From Owenia fusiformis (lineage: Eukaryota), in contig CAIIXF020000001.1 in the NCBI GenBank assembly GCA_903813345.2, forward strand, positions 44,268,001-44,332,000: 64,000 bases of DNA. Direction: 5' to 3'. Position 1 is the first letter of the stretch; every line of letters begins with the position of its first letter. The position numbers and the translations under genes were made by a program. Below, in pieces: positions 44,101 through 59,100 of the stretch. Under the pieces are notes generated by a model, which was not told the DNA's origin, did not search any database, and worked only from the letters and a program-made list of their open reading frames with translations.

Positions 44101-47100
44101 TTATTCATGTAATGATGAAATATATAATTTGTAACAAAAATGGTTGAGAAGGATCATGCAAAGCTTTTATGAATCCAAGAGAAAACAGAAGATTTTCTAT
44201 TGAAAGCCAGGGATGATTTTAGATGTAATTTAAGAAGAATAAGTAGAGACTTAAAGTAAGAAAATGGAAATTCTCTCATGATTTAAATACAGTTGGGATA
44301 ATGTTATTACCATTGATTGGATGTCAATAATAGTCTGGGTCTCATAAAGAATTTTTTTATTATTTTTTTAATAAAAAAGAAACAATTACTGGTAACTTTG
44401 TAATATCAACATGACATATCTCCAAGTCCCCAATCTTATAGGTTAAACAAACCTCTGCTTCAGATTCATAACACATTATTATTGAAAGTTGAGGCTTGGT
44501 AAATGTAATTTAGAGGTATTGATTGATACGTTGGTTGCATCTGGTAGATTCTGTTACATGATTATTAAAAATTTTCCAGTTAATGTGTAAACTATATACC
44601 ATTGGCATATAGTTATGGGAATTGTAGACATATAGACAATGCAGATATATTCTCTTTCATTTGTCATTTCAATTCTGATTGTCACTAGTTTGATACTTAA
44701 ACAGTAAAATCTGTCTAGGTAGAACACCTTTTGTTCCTCTAAAAAAGTTCTATTTGAGAGGTGTTCCACTTATAGAGGTTCATTTAACATTAAGTCAGTT
44801 GGTCTTGGGACTCTGGAAAATGTTCTACTAGCAGAGGTGCTCTTCTTTTAGAGGTGTTCCACTTAAAACGTTTCACCGTATTCTTTGATCTGATATTTAT
44901 ATCAACCACCGAATTATATATACCAGTATAAAGTTAACCATGAAGAGTTTGGAATATTATAATTTGAGTTTGGGAGAACACAGTAAGATTGTCACAGGGT
45001 CTTGCTGTGTTCATATGAGTCATCTATAACATTTTAATATAGCAGCCATCTTTATCATTGTAAAATATGCTATAACTCATTCAGATGTAACATATATAAC
45101 TTATTCTGGGCAATTTTTTACTGCACACTTACCCTCAAGGGATTTTAGACCTCTTTGTAATAGTTACTGATTAAAATGACCTGGGAAAGGTAGTCATCAT
45201 TTCTATATCCATGGGCTAGATTCAGGGAAAGGTAGTCATCATTTTTTATACTCGGGGGATAGATTCAGGGAATATATTGGGAGTTAATCTATAGATGAAT
45301 TTAATATGTCAGTCAAAAACATGAAAATAGCATGCAGCTAAATATACCGCTGTAGGTTATTCATGTAAGTGATTTTTACTAGGTACAGTATTTCAAAATA
45401 GAATATGTTGAATGCTCAGGAAAGGCAATGATCAAATGAATCAGCATGTATCAAGTAGAATTTCAGTCTGAGATATTTAGATTGAAACTTGTTGAGGTTG
45501 TTGAGAGGTTTACATATTCTTATGATTATATGTCAATGAATATAATCAATGACTTCACTCATTGGTATTGCCAGGGTCCACCAAGGGGGTTATTTTCCCA
45601 TCACCGCAATCAAGAAAAATATATTTATCTAGACTCTTTAAAGGACAACTGAAATAGCTTTTCTCATCTTGCAGCTATAAAAATGCGGTTTTCTCTATTG
45701 TAAGCCCACAGTAGAGTTCTTGCGATAGCCATTATAAAATAAATGTTAGATAACTGCTAACGGTCATAGATAACGAAATAAAACTAACTGATAAATCAAA
45801 TTGGCCCCCACGTGATTAGTAACGTCATATACAAATTATAGCTTTGGTTTATTGGTTCCATAGTAATCACAACGTCACGGCAACCATAGGATTGTTGTGT
45901 AAACAAATAACAAAACATTTTGACATTATGACGTCATGATCTAATGGACCAAAACGGTCCACGTGGGGGCCAGTGAGAGATCACGTGGGGGCCAATAACG
46001 TCACAACCAATTCGAATATTGCTTATTAAGCAGCTATAACGATCGTTAGAGTGAAATAGTTTTCACACTACTGATTAGAAAACATGTCCAAATACATCTA
46101 TCAAAAAATTATATTCATTCCTTTAGGTTAAAAATACAATTTCATATCTGCTTTAAGTTTATGAGAATTCAATTTTTTATTTATGCATCGTCTTTTCCTC
46201 TCAGGCTCTTATGTTATCATTTACCCAAAATATTGACCTATATTGAAAGATGTTTCTTTCTGATCACTGATTACAGTAGTTGAGAAAATGTCTGCAGTGT
46301 TGCATTGATTTATGACCTCTCCTATGACTGCTACCAGCCATAGGGGGTGGGGAATGCTAAACTCTGGGCTTGTGTCTATAGAAGAGAATCAATAAGAGGG
46401 AATCCATGGAAGATTTAGGCTAAAAATTAAGAATCTGAGAACATTTGATTCATTTACCTCAGTATACTGAACAAAGCTAAAAGCAATGAGGTGAGCATGC
46501 GATTTCTGTGTTTATATGCTTTACCACACCCTCTGGAATTTACCCCCTGCGATAAGCAGTTAGCATTTCCCCGATTAAGAACTCAAAATTTGATTTACTG
46601 TCGTAACATTGCGACAGGAATCATGTAAATGTCATTGGCGCATAATTAGATCACGTGATTCTGTTTTATCGGGCGCTTCCAAATTGGTTATAGCAGGGGG
46701 AAAGAAGGAAGTACGGATTCTGGACACCTGCTTTGGAGGATGTCCTTTTATTTGATAGTGAAAAATATGGGTTAGGTGCCATTTTCTATGTTTTATACTT
46801 CAAATTTGTTTAGTGGGTAGGCAGTAAAAGGCCATTTTTTGGTAAACAAATAATTTTTAGAATTTTTAAGAACCTTGTTTTATGAACAAGGGTGTGTTGA
46901 TGGTCTAGCAAATAAAATGTATCATATATAGTGTTAAACCTGTTATCAAATGATTAACATTTACTTTCAATATTGAAAGTCCAAAAATCTTGCTGAAGTT
47001 AATGTAACATCTAAATGGATAATAACACGCATCGTTTATCATCTGTTACTGGCTCAATCTACAGCGGTTGTACAATAGATTTTGCGACAAAGAGTATGCA

Positions 47101-50100
47101 ACAAGGAGACCTTAAGCAGTCAACAGATTTCAAGTTTCTCGGATTTGGCACAAACAATGTCAAAACAGATGACCCACAAGACATGGTCTATGAACTAAAA
47201 AATCTGTTACTGACAGCTAGCAATAAGCATCCACAAACTAAACTTATCCTATGTGGAATACATCATCGTGGTGATAGTGACAACCCTAAAATAGTAGCAG
47301 AATGGAATACCAAGATAGACTATGTTAACAAGGAAATGCGTTCCTTTTGTACAAGAAAAGGACATGGGTTTGTGGACATCAATGCAGTAAATAATTCTAC
47401 TGTTGACAATCCCTGTATGAGAGTCCTTTTTAACGACAGACTCCACTTCAACCCTACTGGCCGTAGCCGACTTGTAGATGCTATGCTCTCCATCATGAAT
47501 GGAAAACGTCCCACAACATATGCACAGGCTGTAAACCCTACCAAAACCTGGCACAGTGCCAAGTTTTAGATACTGAGTGTGATGTACATTTACTTGCTGA
47601 CAGTCTACCACTTAATTGTGCAATTAGTACTTTTGACAGTTCAAAAGATGTATATAAGGTTAATGACAATTCAAAAGATGTATATAATGTAAATATTGAT
47701 ACTAACTTAAATACTTTAAAAACACAAGGTAATCTTGCAATACATGATATATCTGGGACACAGGCTACTTCGTCAAATGGAAAAGGTAGTGTTTATAATG
47801 AGAATATTCAATCTTCAAATGAACATGTGTCAATTTTACTTTGGAACATAAATAAGATTTCTGATAAACTACATGATGGTGAAGATATCCAAAAATGGTT
47901 CAATAATTTTCAAATTATATTATTGTGTGAGACATGGTTATCACCAGAATCTGAAATTGCATTCGAAAACTACACTTGCTATAATCTAGCCAGAAACCCC
48001 AAAAATGTACTAAAGGGGCACTACTCTGGAGGGCTGGCTGTGCTAATAAGTGATGTTTATGGTAAAAATGGTATTGAAATTCTATCACAATCACATGACT
48101 TTTTTGTATGGATAAAATTCAATTCCAATCATTTCAATATTACAGAAGATTTATATTTATGCTTTGTTTATTTACCATTTAAAGGTTCTTCTTATGAATT
48201 TGTAACTGGATGTAGTAATATTGACATATTAGAAAAATCTTTAGCTTATTATCAAACATTAGGAAGAACTATAATATGTGGAGACATGAATGCTAGAACT
48301 GCTCAGTTGTCTGATTCTAACATTAATATACCTGGCAGTAATGGTGATATTCCCATACTGCTAGATGACACTTTATATAATTTGCAAGATGTAAATGAGG
48401 TTTTAGTTAGCAATCGCATTTCTATGGATAAAAATGTAAAGGCAGTCTCTCAAACTCATGGCAGAGAATTTTTATCACTATGCAAAACTGCTAATATGAA
48501 AATACTTAATGGTCGTCTTTATCAGGACAAAAATTTAGGGAAATTCACATGTTATCGTAATGTTACCCATAAATCTAATACAGACCTTAACTTAGGAAAA
48601 TCAGTTATTGATTATGTTGCAGCTCAATCAAACATTATTCCCTTATTTTCTGATTTTAAAGTGCATGATAGACGTGTTGAATCTGACCACGCACCATTGC
48701 ATTTTTCTCTATCATTAAAAAGGGATATTGAAAATCAAAGTAAATCATCAAACATTCAATCAGAACCCCTGAACATTAAAACATATAAATCATACAAATG
48801 GGATCATAAGAAGAAAAATGAATTTAAACAAAAATTAACTGATAATACTAGCATTGATCTCTTAACATCTTTTTACACTGAACTTGGATGTAATGATACT
48901 GGATCTGATGAACTTGTAAATAAGCTCCTTAACGTAATTCATTATGCATCTAATAACACATTTCAATTTAAACAATTAAAAACTAAGAAAATGCACACCT
49001 TTCCCATCAATTCATGGTTCAATGATGAGTGTAAGTCCTTAAAGAAACAAGTACATGAGGCAATAAAACACAAATTTAGTGATGATCTTATAAATAGTTT
49101 AACCAAACAATATAATCAAACTAAACAACGAGAAAAGAGAAAGTTTAAAGCAGGAATGCTTGATAGTTTAATTCAGAATAAAAGCAAATACTCTACAGAT
49201 TTCTGGAAACTGATAAACGCAATGCCAGGAAATAAAATTAAACAGATGCCAGTTCCACCTAAAGATTTATTCAACTTTTTTAAAAGTCTATCTAAACCCC
49301 CAAATATAGAATATTTTGATGACAATGCACTCAAGGAAATGAATCAGTATGTTATAAATTATCAAGTTTGCCCTGAAGATAAAAATTTACAACTTTGCCA
49401 TGATACTGTCAACATGAAAATTACTCAAGCCGAAATCCAGCGTGCTTTGAAAAGAGTGAATACAAACAAATCAGCTGGTATTGATGGTATTCCATCTAAT
49501 ATTATTAAAAATTGTAAATCTCTCATTTCTGATTTTACATCACTATTTAATGCTATTTTTGAAAAAGGAGAATATCCAAGTGACTGGAGCATTGGTATGC
49601 TCAGTGCACTTTATAAACAAGGCAGCCGTTTTCAAGCTGATAATTATCGAGGCATTAATGTACTGGCCTGTATAGGAAATTTATTTGACTCAGTTATACA
49701 AAATCGTCTTGTCTTTAATGCTGAAGTGCAAAATTCGCCAGACCCACTTCAGGGTGCTTATAAAGAAAATAGGCGTACAACTGATAATATTTTTATTTTG
49801 CAAACACTAATTAACAAATTCAAGCAGCATAAGAAACCATTGTATACATGTATGATTGACTTTAGGAAGGCGTTTGATTACATAGATCGCTCGGTACTGT
49901 TATATAAACTATGTAAATCTGGAATTCATCCACAGACTAAAATGTACAAGATTATAGAGAGCATGTACTCTAAATCTAAGTCATGTCTCAAGTTAGAAAA
50001 TGGAGTCACGGAAACTTTTGACACTGAAATTGGAGTTTTACAAGGAAGTGTTTTAAGTACATTTTTATTCAATCATTTCATAGATGACTTAAATGAAATA

Positions 50101-53100
50101 TTACCACCCAGATGTGGTGTTACTTTGAATGATGCCAATTTTAATCATCTACTATGGGCAGATGATCTTGTACTTGTTTCAGAATCACACAATGGACTTC
50201 AGTTGTTATTAGATTCACTTTTTGCTTTCTGTAAAATTAATAGACTTATAGTCAACACCCTTAAGACAAAGGTCCTGATTTTTAACTCTAAATATTCAGA
50301 TCCTTTCACTTTTAATAATCAAGAAATTGAACGTGTAAATAAATATAAATATCTCGGTGTTATTCTTACTGATAGCAATAAATTTGATATTAACACTGCT
50401 TATCTTAAAGAACAATCACGAAAGGCAATATTCAAAATCAAACAACAGTATAAGAAATTCAATGATGTACCACCCGATGTTGCTCTTCACCTTTTTGATT
50501 CATTAGTCAGTCCAATACTTTGTTATGGGTGTGAGATTTGGTATGATAAGAAACAGATGAAATCTATTGAAACATTGCATTTGTCCTTTTTAAAATCTAT
50601 TCTAGGAGTCAAAACTCAAACAGCTAATCCTGCAGTATATGGTGACCTCGGTAGATTTCCTTTATCTATCAAAATTGAATTATCTTTGATAAAATACTGG
50701 TTAAGACTTATAAAACTACCAGAATCTAATATTTTAAATCAAGCTTATTTATATGGTCAAGAAAAACATGAATTAGGGTTTAAATCATGGTCTGGAAAAG
50801 TTTATGATATTCTTCACAAATGTGAACTAACAGAGTATTGGGATGACCAAAGTCAAAATACAGACAACTTAGTAAACTTGGTTGACAAGAAACTAAAGAA
50901 TGCATTTATAAATAATTGGAGAAATGATATTTTACAATATCCTATATTAAGAACATATAAGCTATTTAAGAAAGATTTTGAATTAGAACCATATTTAAAA
51001 CTAGATAATAAAAAATATAGATTAGCAATAGGTAGATTTAGGTTAAGTTCACATCGGCTAAAAATAGAATCTGGAAGACACATAAAACCCAAACCTAAAC
51101 CAGTTAATGAAAGGTTGTGTAATATATGTAAATGTGTGGAGGATGAATTTCATTTTATCATAAATTGTACAAAGCATTCTCAACACAGGCAAATATTTTT
51201 CAGTAAAATTTCTGAAATATTACCAACATTTGACTTGAATAGTAACGATATATTTATAAATATAATTTCTAATGATAATATCATCTTCCAACGACATCTT
51301 GGTAAATTTATATACCATTCATTTAACAATTTAGAATAATCAGCAAAATTTGTGCATCACACTTTAAAATATTTTGCCTTTCTTGTATGCTTTCTGTAAA
51401 TATATCAAATCATGTATATTTTTATAAAGATGTAGTTTTAGTAAGTAGTTTAGTAGTAGATAGTAGTTTTAGTGAGTAGTTTATGACTAATGTAATCATG
51501 TTATGATACAATATGTCAATAAAAGTTATATAAAAGTTATATATATCCTGCCAATATTTTTCTTAATTTGACTTATTTCTTTTGCCTAATATAAGCCAGC
51601 TTATTGCATTGATTTTCACTTAATATTCTGTTGAGTTCCATGTAAAAAACATTATATTATTTAGAAGTGAACCCTAAAGCAGTCTCTTTATGATTTTTTC
51701 ATCTAGCAACATTTGCTGAGCTACAACATTGCAATGATTCAAGCAGTGAAAAAATATTAGATAAGCTGTAATCTAATCCTAAAGGTTCTGGATTCTTTAA
51801 GTTAAACCCCACACAAGTTCTTGATAAAAAAACTTATCTTAATGATTTGCAATAAGGCTAATTGGAAGACAACCCATTTGACAAATCGATTGTATATTAT
51901 ACTAGTATATAAAGGAACATTTCCCTCTCTCCTATGTCTGTTTTTTGGTATTGACTTTTAGACGCAATGAATATGTATTCTTTCAGGCAATGTAACATAT
52001 CATTCATCTTACCTTACAAATCCCCATCAACAATAAATGAATTAAAATCCAGAAATATTTTACAAAGATAATCAAGTATTGGCCTAACAGAAACAATAAA
52101 GTGATAAAAACCTTAATTTGTTTCATATTTTAATGAAGCTATGTAAAATCCTAGTATATCTTCAGTAAGGTAACAAGAATACTAATATTTTCAATGGCAC
52201 TTTGACTTCAAGTCTCCTGATAGCAAGGAGGTGATTTGAATCAATGTTGTGGCAATGATACAGTGAATAGGCCTTTGTAATACTTTTATTATTGATTCTG
52301 GTTTGAACAAATCATCTGTCTAATAAGGGGCTGGGTTAAGATATGAATGTATTTCTTGTCAAGAAACTGCATCAGATCCCACCTCAGATGAGTGCAAAAC
52401 CAAAATGTCAAAGTATAAATAATTTATATACATGTGTTTTTCACTTCAAATGAATGATGTACTTTTGTTCTTATTTGTGAAGTTTACGCTGACTTATGAC
52501 CATCCTGGTTACCAGTCATAATGAATTATACATTTTTGTAATGAATAAAGGTCTAATTCGCCCAGATAGACCAAGATTTACCTCCTCCCCTTAACAAAAC
52601 TAACTTCGTAAGTATATTCTACAACTGTTGATAGTTGGATACCAGTTACAGATATGGTGGAGGAATGCTAACCACCCACCAAAAAAATTTATGCACTACA
52701 AATCTTAAAGTTCAAAATCTGCTTCTTCAACACATAAATTGGGGAAGTTAGGTAAAAAACGAGTTTGAATAGGCATTATTTTCTATATTGGGCCTGTTTT
52801 GAAGAAATTTGCCTAAATTTTTACACTTTGGGCCTTAAATTAAGGAAATGAGGCCATCCCTTGACACCATCCCTAAGTGACTGCATCATTGAAATACACC
52901 AGTATATAGCAATTGTTTTCATATGTTATTGACATTTTGTGACAAATTGGTAGAAACATTTTACAAATCAATTAAAGGCTGTGGAGTTTGTATGATATGT
53001 TGATAAGATGTAATCAATATGTGATGTGATGCAGTGTTTACTGCAATTTTGATATTTCTCTACATTTATTGCATTTGAGATATACCATTGGAAAATTCTA

Positions 53101-56100
53101 TTCCCCTCCCCCCATAACCAATAAAAATAAAATCATGAGAAAGAAGAAGAAGAAAAGAGCTTTAAAATATTGTTATTTGAAGCTTCTAGCTCAATTTTGA
53201 AGGAAGTTGCATCAATTTTTGTAAAATTCAACATAAATCTTATTTTTTTGGCTTGTTTATGCCACAATCGCACCCCCCTGACTGAAAACCGAAAATCTTT
53301 TTGGCGATCGCACCCCCCCCCCCCCTGACTGAAACCTGGCTACGCCCCTTTTACCTGATGTTTCATGCGAATGAATTGAATTAGACCAATCTTACAATTG
53401 CAAGCTTGGCAGTTGTAAAATGAGTATGAGTAAATATTCAGCTTCAAAGATATTTGAAAATATAAGATCAGATGTTGGACCAACTAAATCTTACTTTAGC
53501 TTAATACTGATCTTTGTTTCTTTCAGCTGTTTGCTAAACTTATGCTGTCTTTACTATTGATTTGAAATAGAATTTTATAAAATGAACATGAAACCAAAAA
53601 TTGCCAAGGGGTTTTGTTCAAGAGAGGAACAGAGTCAATAATAGAAATGCATGTATGTATATCACGGGGTGCCATCGAATAATTTTGGCAACGTACCGGA
53701 GAACGACATTTTACTAAGAAATGGCAATAATTTAGCACAATATATTTTTTAACTAGAGTTCTACTTTGATTTTGACAAAAGTAAGTATTCCATGCAATGG
53801 CTATTTCATTCATGAGTTTGTAGGAATTCTGTTGGAATCCAGTTCTGATCAAGTACGAAGTTATTGAAATCGGCGCAGTCGGACTTTACTCCGAAAGATG
53901 GTTTTTCGATTATAGCTTTTTACAACATTTAAGTATAGACTTTTGAAAAAAGTACAGAATAGTCCTTATACTATTGAATAATTCTGTTATTTCTGATTCA
54001 CACGACTCTGATTTGTTTGATTAAAAAAAAAGTTTTAAAAATATTACTTAGGAACGTAACCGGAGCTGGGAACGTAACCGGAGCAGATCAGTTGAATTAT
54101 ATAATTTAAAAAAAATAAAATATATGATTTAAAGCATATATATTATTTACAAACACAAATGAATGTTAAAATGAGCATTTATTACCCTTCACTTACAGGA
54201 AAATCAATGCATGGCAATTAGTTTAAATTAGAAATTAATTAGAAATTAGTATAACAGAGTGGGTTCTAATAGTTAGCTGAACAAATACAATGGGTGAAAT
54301 CAAATGGAATTATTTGCTTACTACATTTAATCACTTCATTCTCCATACAATGATTGTTCTATGTTTGATAGCCTTTCTAAGGTAAGTGCACTTATGCATG
54401 GTAAATACCAAATTTAATTTTTCACAATAGATAAATTTTTTTCTTTAAATAAAATGTAATAAATACGCATTCGAACAATCCCGTATGTTTTTAAATTAGT
54501 ATATGTGCTTTAAATCATATATTTTAATTTTTTGGATTAAATAATTCAACTGATCTGCTCCGGTTACGTTCCCAGCTCCGGTTACGTTCCTAAGTAATAT
54601 TTTAAAATTTTTTTTTAATTAAACAAATCAGAGTCGTGTGAATTAGAAATAACAGAATTATTCAAAAGTATAAGGACTATTCTGTACTTTTTTCAAAAGT
54701 CTATACTTAAATGTTGTGAAAAGTTATAATCGAAAAACCATCTTTCGGAGTAAAGTCCGTCTGCGCCGATTTCAATAACTTCGTACTTGATCAGAACTGG
54801 GTTCCAACAGAATTCCTACAAACTCATGAATGAACTAGTTATTGCATGGAATACTTACTTTTGTCAAAATCAAAATAGAACTCTAGTTAAAAAATATATT
54901 GTGCTAAATTATTGCCATTTCTTAGTAAAATGTCGTTCTCCGGTACGTTGCCAAAATTATTCGATGGCACCCCGTGTATATGGTCAGGAAATCATTCCCC
55001 TGGAATCCAGAAGACAAGTAGTTTTCATTGTGTGATGTGAAGTAAAAATCTATAGTGGTTTCTTTAGATGGGAACAAATAGTATAATTCAGTAAACTTAC
55101 ATTCTAGACAATCAGAGCTATTTAGAACATTTTCCTTGGAAACAGTATTTCTTATATAAAGTTAAGAATTTCATTTGTGAATTATTTGAATAGTGCCTTT
55201 GAAAAGGTCAAATAAAATTGAAATATTGACTGAATGATGTCTTGTCTGGCAAATATCAGTGGGGGTGTTATAGGTAATCAACTGTGAAACTGATCGCTCA
55301 GTTGAACATTTACGAGACTCTTTGACTGGGACTGCAATATCCCAGATAATGGATTGAACTACAAAAATAAGTTTAACATTTGTTTTAAGAGGTAATATCA
55401 CCAAGGGGTTAATTAACACAAAACAATATTTTCACTCATATATCTTCTTACAAATCTTTATGGTAATCTTTTGTCGCTGGGTAGACAGGATAATGCTCTA
55501 CCCTATAATAACCCAGAGGCTATGAGTAATTTTTTCTTCCTCTAATGCCAATCTATTTGTCATGGCCTTTCATAGGAATTTGAACTGTGGAATAAAGCTA
55601 AGTTCACACCAATGGTGCTTTAAAGCAGTGTGCAAAGGGCTTTTCACGCCGCTTTAAAAGGCTTTTCACGCTGCTTTAAAGCGCTATCAAACCTTCCCTA
55701 AATTGCCCTCCCTCTCAACCACTTCTATGGACTCCTTACCCCAACCTCTCTTTCAACCAAACCTTGATATACCATTGTATCCCAAATGAGAGGTCTCCCA
55801 TCCAGACAACTATTCCCCCAATATATCCTTCAGTCTTTTGCAAATAGGCAGCTAAAAATAAAATTCAAAGCTCAGAAGTTTTTGTTTATAGGTCACAGTA
55901 ACCTGTACATTTTTCATTAAGTTATAATAACACTTTAATTGTCAATATTTCAAAAAATGAGATTTTCTAACATCTGCAGAAAAGCAAGGTCAACAGATAA
56001 AACTATATAATTTCCATTCTCTGATCATTTCAAGATTTGATTGACAGTTCTATTTTTACACAGAGTGAAATTGATGGCCTCTGCATATATACAACCAAGG

Positions 56101-59100
56101 TCAGGCTGACCAGGCCATTCTCTAAGGCTATTTAAAAAACAGGTTTATTGCTAAAAGTGGTCAGTTTTATCCTTTATTTCTCAGCTAAAACACAATTTCA
56201 GAAAAAATGACCTTTCAAACCACTCTAGAAAATCTAATATCAGATGAGTTTAGAACTTTTTATTGAAACTTGTTTTTGTTTAAAAGGTGAATTTAGATGA
56301 TTTTCATGGGGCTATTTTGTCAACGAATTTATTGAATTCTGGTTAACAATGTGTAACTACTGTACCAGGAGTACAGTATATTTTTTCAAAGAAGTATTGA
56401 AACAATTTTTTAGAACATAGAAAGTACATTGGGAATACTTTCTACAACTTAATACTGTATTACAAATGTACATAAACAAGGTGAATCTTTGACATGTGCT
56501 ATGAATGCAATATTTCTTTTAATAAGCATATTTTGCCTTCTTCTATAATTCAGTCACATCACTGCTAAGAAAGCTCAAACAACAGTCCAAAGAGAATTAT
56601 GAGTCCAGAAGACCACTCCTCGTACAAGCCTTGAAAGAACTAGGTGACTTCTATCTTGAGCTTAAGTGGGACTTTCAAAGCTGGTGTAAGTATTATATTG
56701 TATAATTACCAACAAAAGTGGTGACATATTATTATAGTCTCCAACTTTTTATAGAAGGTGTTCAGCATTCAGTGGTTGGTGTTTTGGCAGTTGGTGTCTG
56801 TAACATATAGCAAGATGACAACATTATGCATGTTGTAAGCCTTGTTGTAATTTTAGTTGGAATTTTTGTATTTTCTGTGGTACCCAAGTATTGAAGCAAC
56901 TTGGTATCCAGTCGAGGCACAAGAAGATTTTTGAAAGCATTTTGTTATTTTTTAATTTTTTGAGAAAAATCTTCTGAGATTTGTTTTAATTCCATGTAGA
57001 AATATAACTGATCCAGAGATATATTGACTCAAAATTGTTGTCAGTTCTCCATGAATTGCATTGTTTAGGGCACTTGACTGGATTGACTTGAAAAACAATT
57101 GACATTCTCAAGCATCCTTTGCCAGCTTGTCACAACTAAAACGAAGTACTGTATTTTTGAAATTCTTAATGACTATTGATGATATTTATTCTTGTTTCAT
57201 TCCAGTACCATTAGTTTCAAGAATCCTGCCCTCAGATATTTGCAAAATACATAAAAAAGGCAGTTGTGTAAGGTATGTATATCCAGAGGTTATTTAATGG
57301 CGTTATCGTGAGAAAAATATGATTTATCTCCCCAAGGGCATGGACCCCAAAAGATACATTAATTGACTGAGGGATAGTACCATTTTGTTAAAGAATGACT
57401 AAAGGAGCCAAGATAGAGACTTGGTAGCACTAGGTTGTGACATTGGTGCCTTGTTCTAGTGAGAAGATGTAAAATATTGAATGGATGAACCTTAACTTTG
57501 ATAGCTGATTAAACTTGAGGCCAGCAATATGTGTTTTGTTTAAGTGATGTATTTTTCTATTTCCCGGAGCATTTCATTATCCCAAATGAACAAAGTGCAA
57601 ATTATTTGATCTGAGTATATTTGTGTAATACTATACAGAATATAGGATTTTCTGACTATTATTGCAATATACTGTAACATATGTTTTATTTGTTCATGCA
57701 TGCAATTTTCATGAAAATTTAATTTTCTAATACATGCCTGAGAACTTGCCAGACCAGAATAAACTGCTTTTTTAATTTATTAAGGCTGTAAAAAGGCTGT
57801 ACTCATAACCCCCAGCTATTACTACTTATTGTCACCAACTCTGTCTTTTGATATTGGTAATAAACTTAACCCCTCAGTTTTTTTGTTGTTTCATTATCCT
57901 CATTCTTGTCCTTGGTCCATTATAGTTTGGACCTCCCGAAACATCAGAATTACTCCTCAAATCCTGGATGATGTTTAATCCGTTTAGTGAACATTTGCAA
58001 TAATCATCAAATATTGTGTGCTTTGTATACCACCAACCACCTTTGCATGTCTTAGCCTCCTTTGAAAAGTTTCCTCTGTCATTCGTTGAAAAGTAAAATG
58101 TGCGATCTTGTGTATAAAATGATTCAAATTGGCCACTGGAAAGTCTGTAGCATTCTGTTGCGTTACCATCACTTTTTGTTTGCAGCCAAATTGGTCTATC
58201 CTCGACAGGTTCATCAGACCATCGTCCAATTATTTCTTTCTGCGTAACATGGAAATGAGTTGTGTTGAAATAATCATGTTTTTGTTCAGGTCTGTAGTAT
58301 CCATATATATTAAGATAAGGTTCATGAAGTAAAACATAGAAGTGCTTGTAGTCTCTGAACTGATAGTTTCCTTTTTGGTCCCAGATCTGAAACATAGATA
58401 TACTCATAAGTCCCATTACATTGTTATTTCATTTAAGACTGTTTTTTCTTTTTGGCTTTCACTTTCAACATCATCCGTGTTCTGTTTTTACTATGTTGCT
58501 TTGAGGGGCTAGTCGAACTCTCTAATTCAGGCTTTACATCATTCATGATGCTAATTCCATTTGGTACACAGTTACAGTTATCATAGGAAGGATTGTTCTT
58601 CTCATACCACCAACCACCCTTGCAAACCTTTGCCTTGTCTGAATATGTACCCCGATCATTTGTTGAAAACTGCATTTTCATGGAAGAACCATAACAGTCA
58701 CTTGCATTGCCTTTGATTTTTGCCCCAATACTAATAGGTGAATAGTAATAAGCTTGATAGTCATGTTCATATTTTGACACCTTTTTCTCTCCAATGTGGA
58801 AAGGCGTTATCCGCAAAAAGTGGTTCTTGTTAGCATTTTTTTTGTAATGTTGATACAGGCGAATTTGAAAATTTCTATAATCGATGAATTCATAGCCTCC
58901 TGTCTTGTTCCAAAACTGAAATCAAATATATTTATAAATGTTTACAAATTGTTATTTATTTATTCTTTATTGTTATTTATTATTTTATGTCTTATCAATG
59001 CTTACTATTGTACTCAAACTGTCTAGTGAGCTTATTTATTGAGTTTCCTGCATGCATACTCACATACAGTTCTTATATTCATTCAAATTTCAGATGAGGA

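Larger units (their letters stand above)
47015..51546 (+). mobile_element. Non-LTR retrotransposon (LINE, RTE-X-like) in ANKRD13C intron 3
   Basis: Esterase ORF1 plus EN-RT ORF2. The 3' UTR ends in AATAAA overlapping tandem TAAAAGTTATA x2. The 5' boundary is not resolved. Confidence 0.88.

Noticed and set aside
53523..55035. Two near-identical ORFs MIRTGFQQNSYKLMNE on opposite strands
   Set aside because: They are a by-product of the inverted arms of a MITE, start at TTG and show no domain signal.
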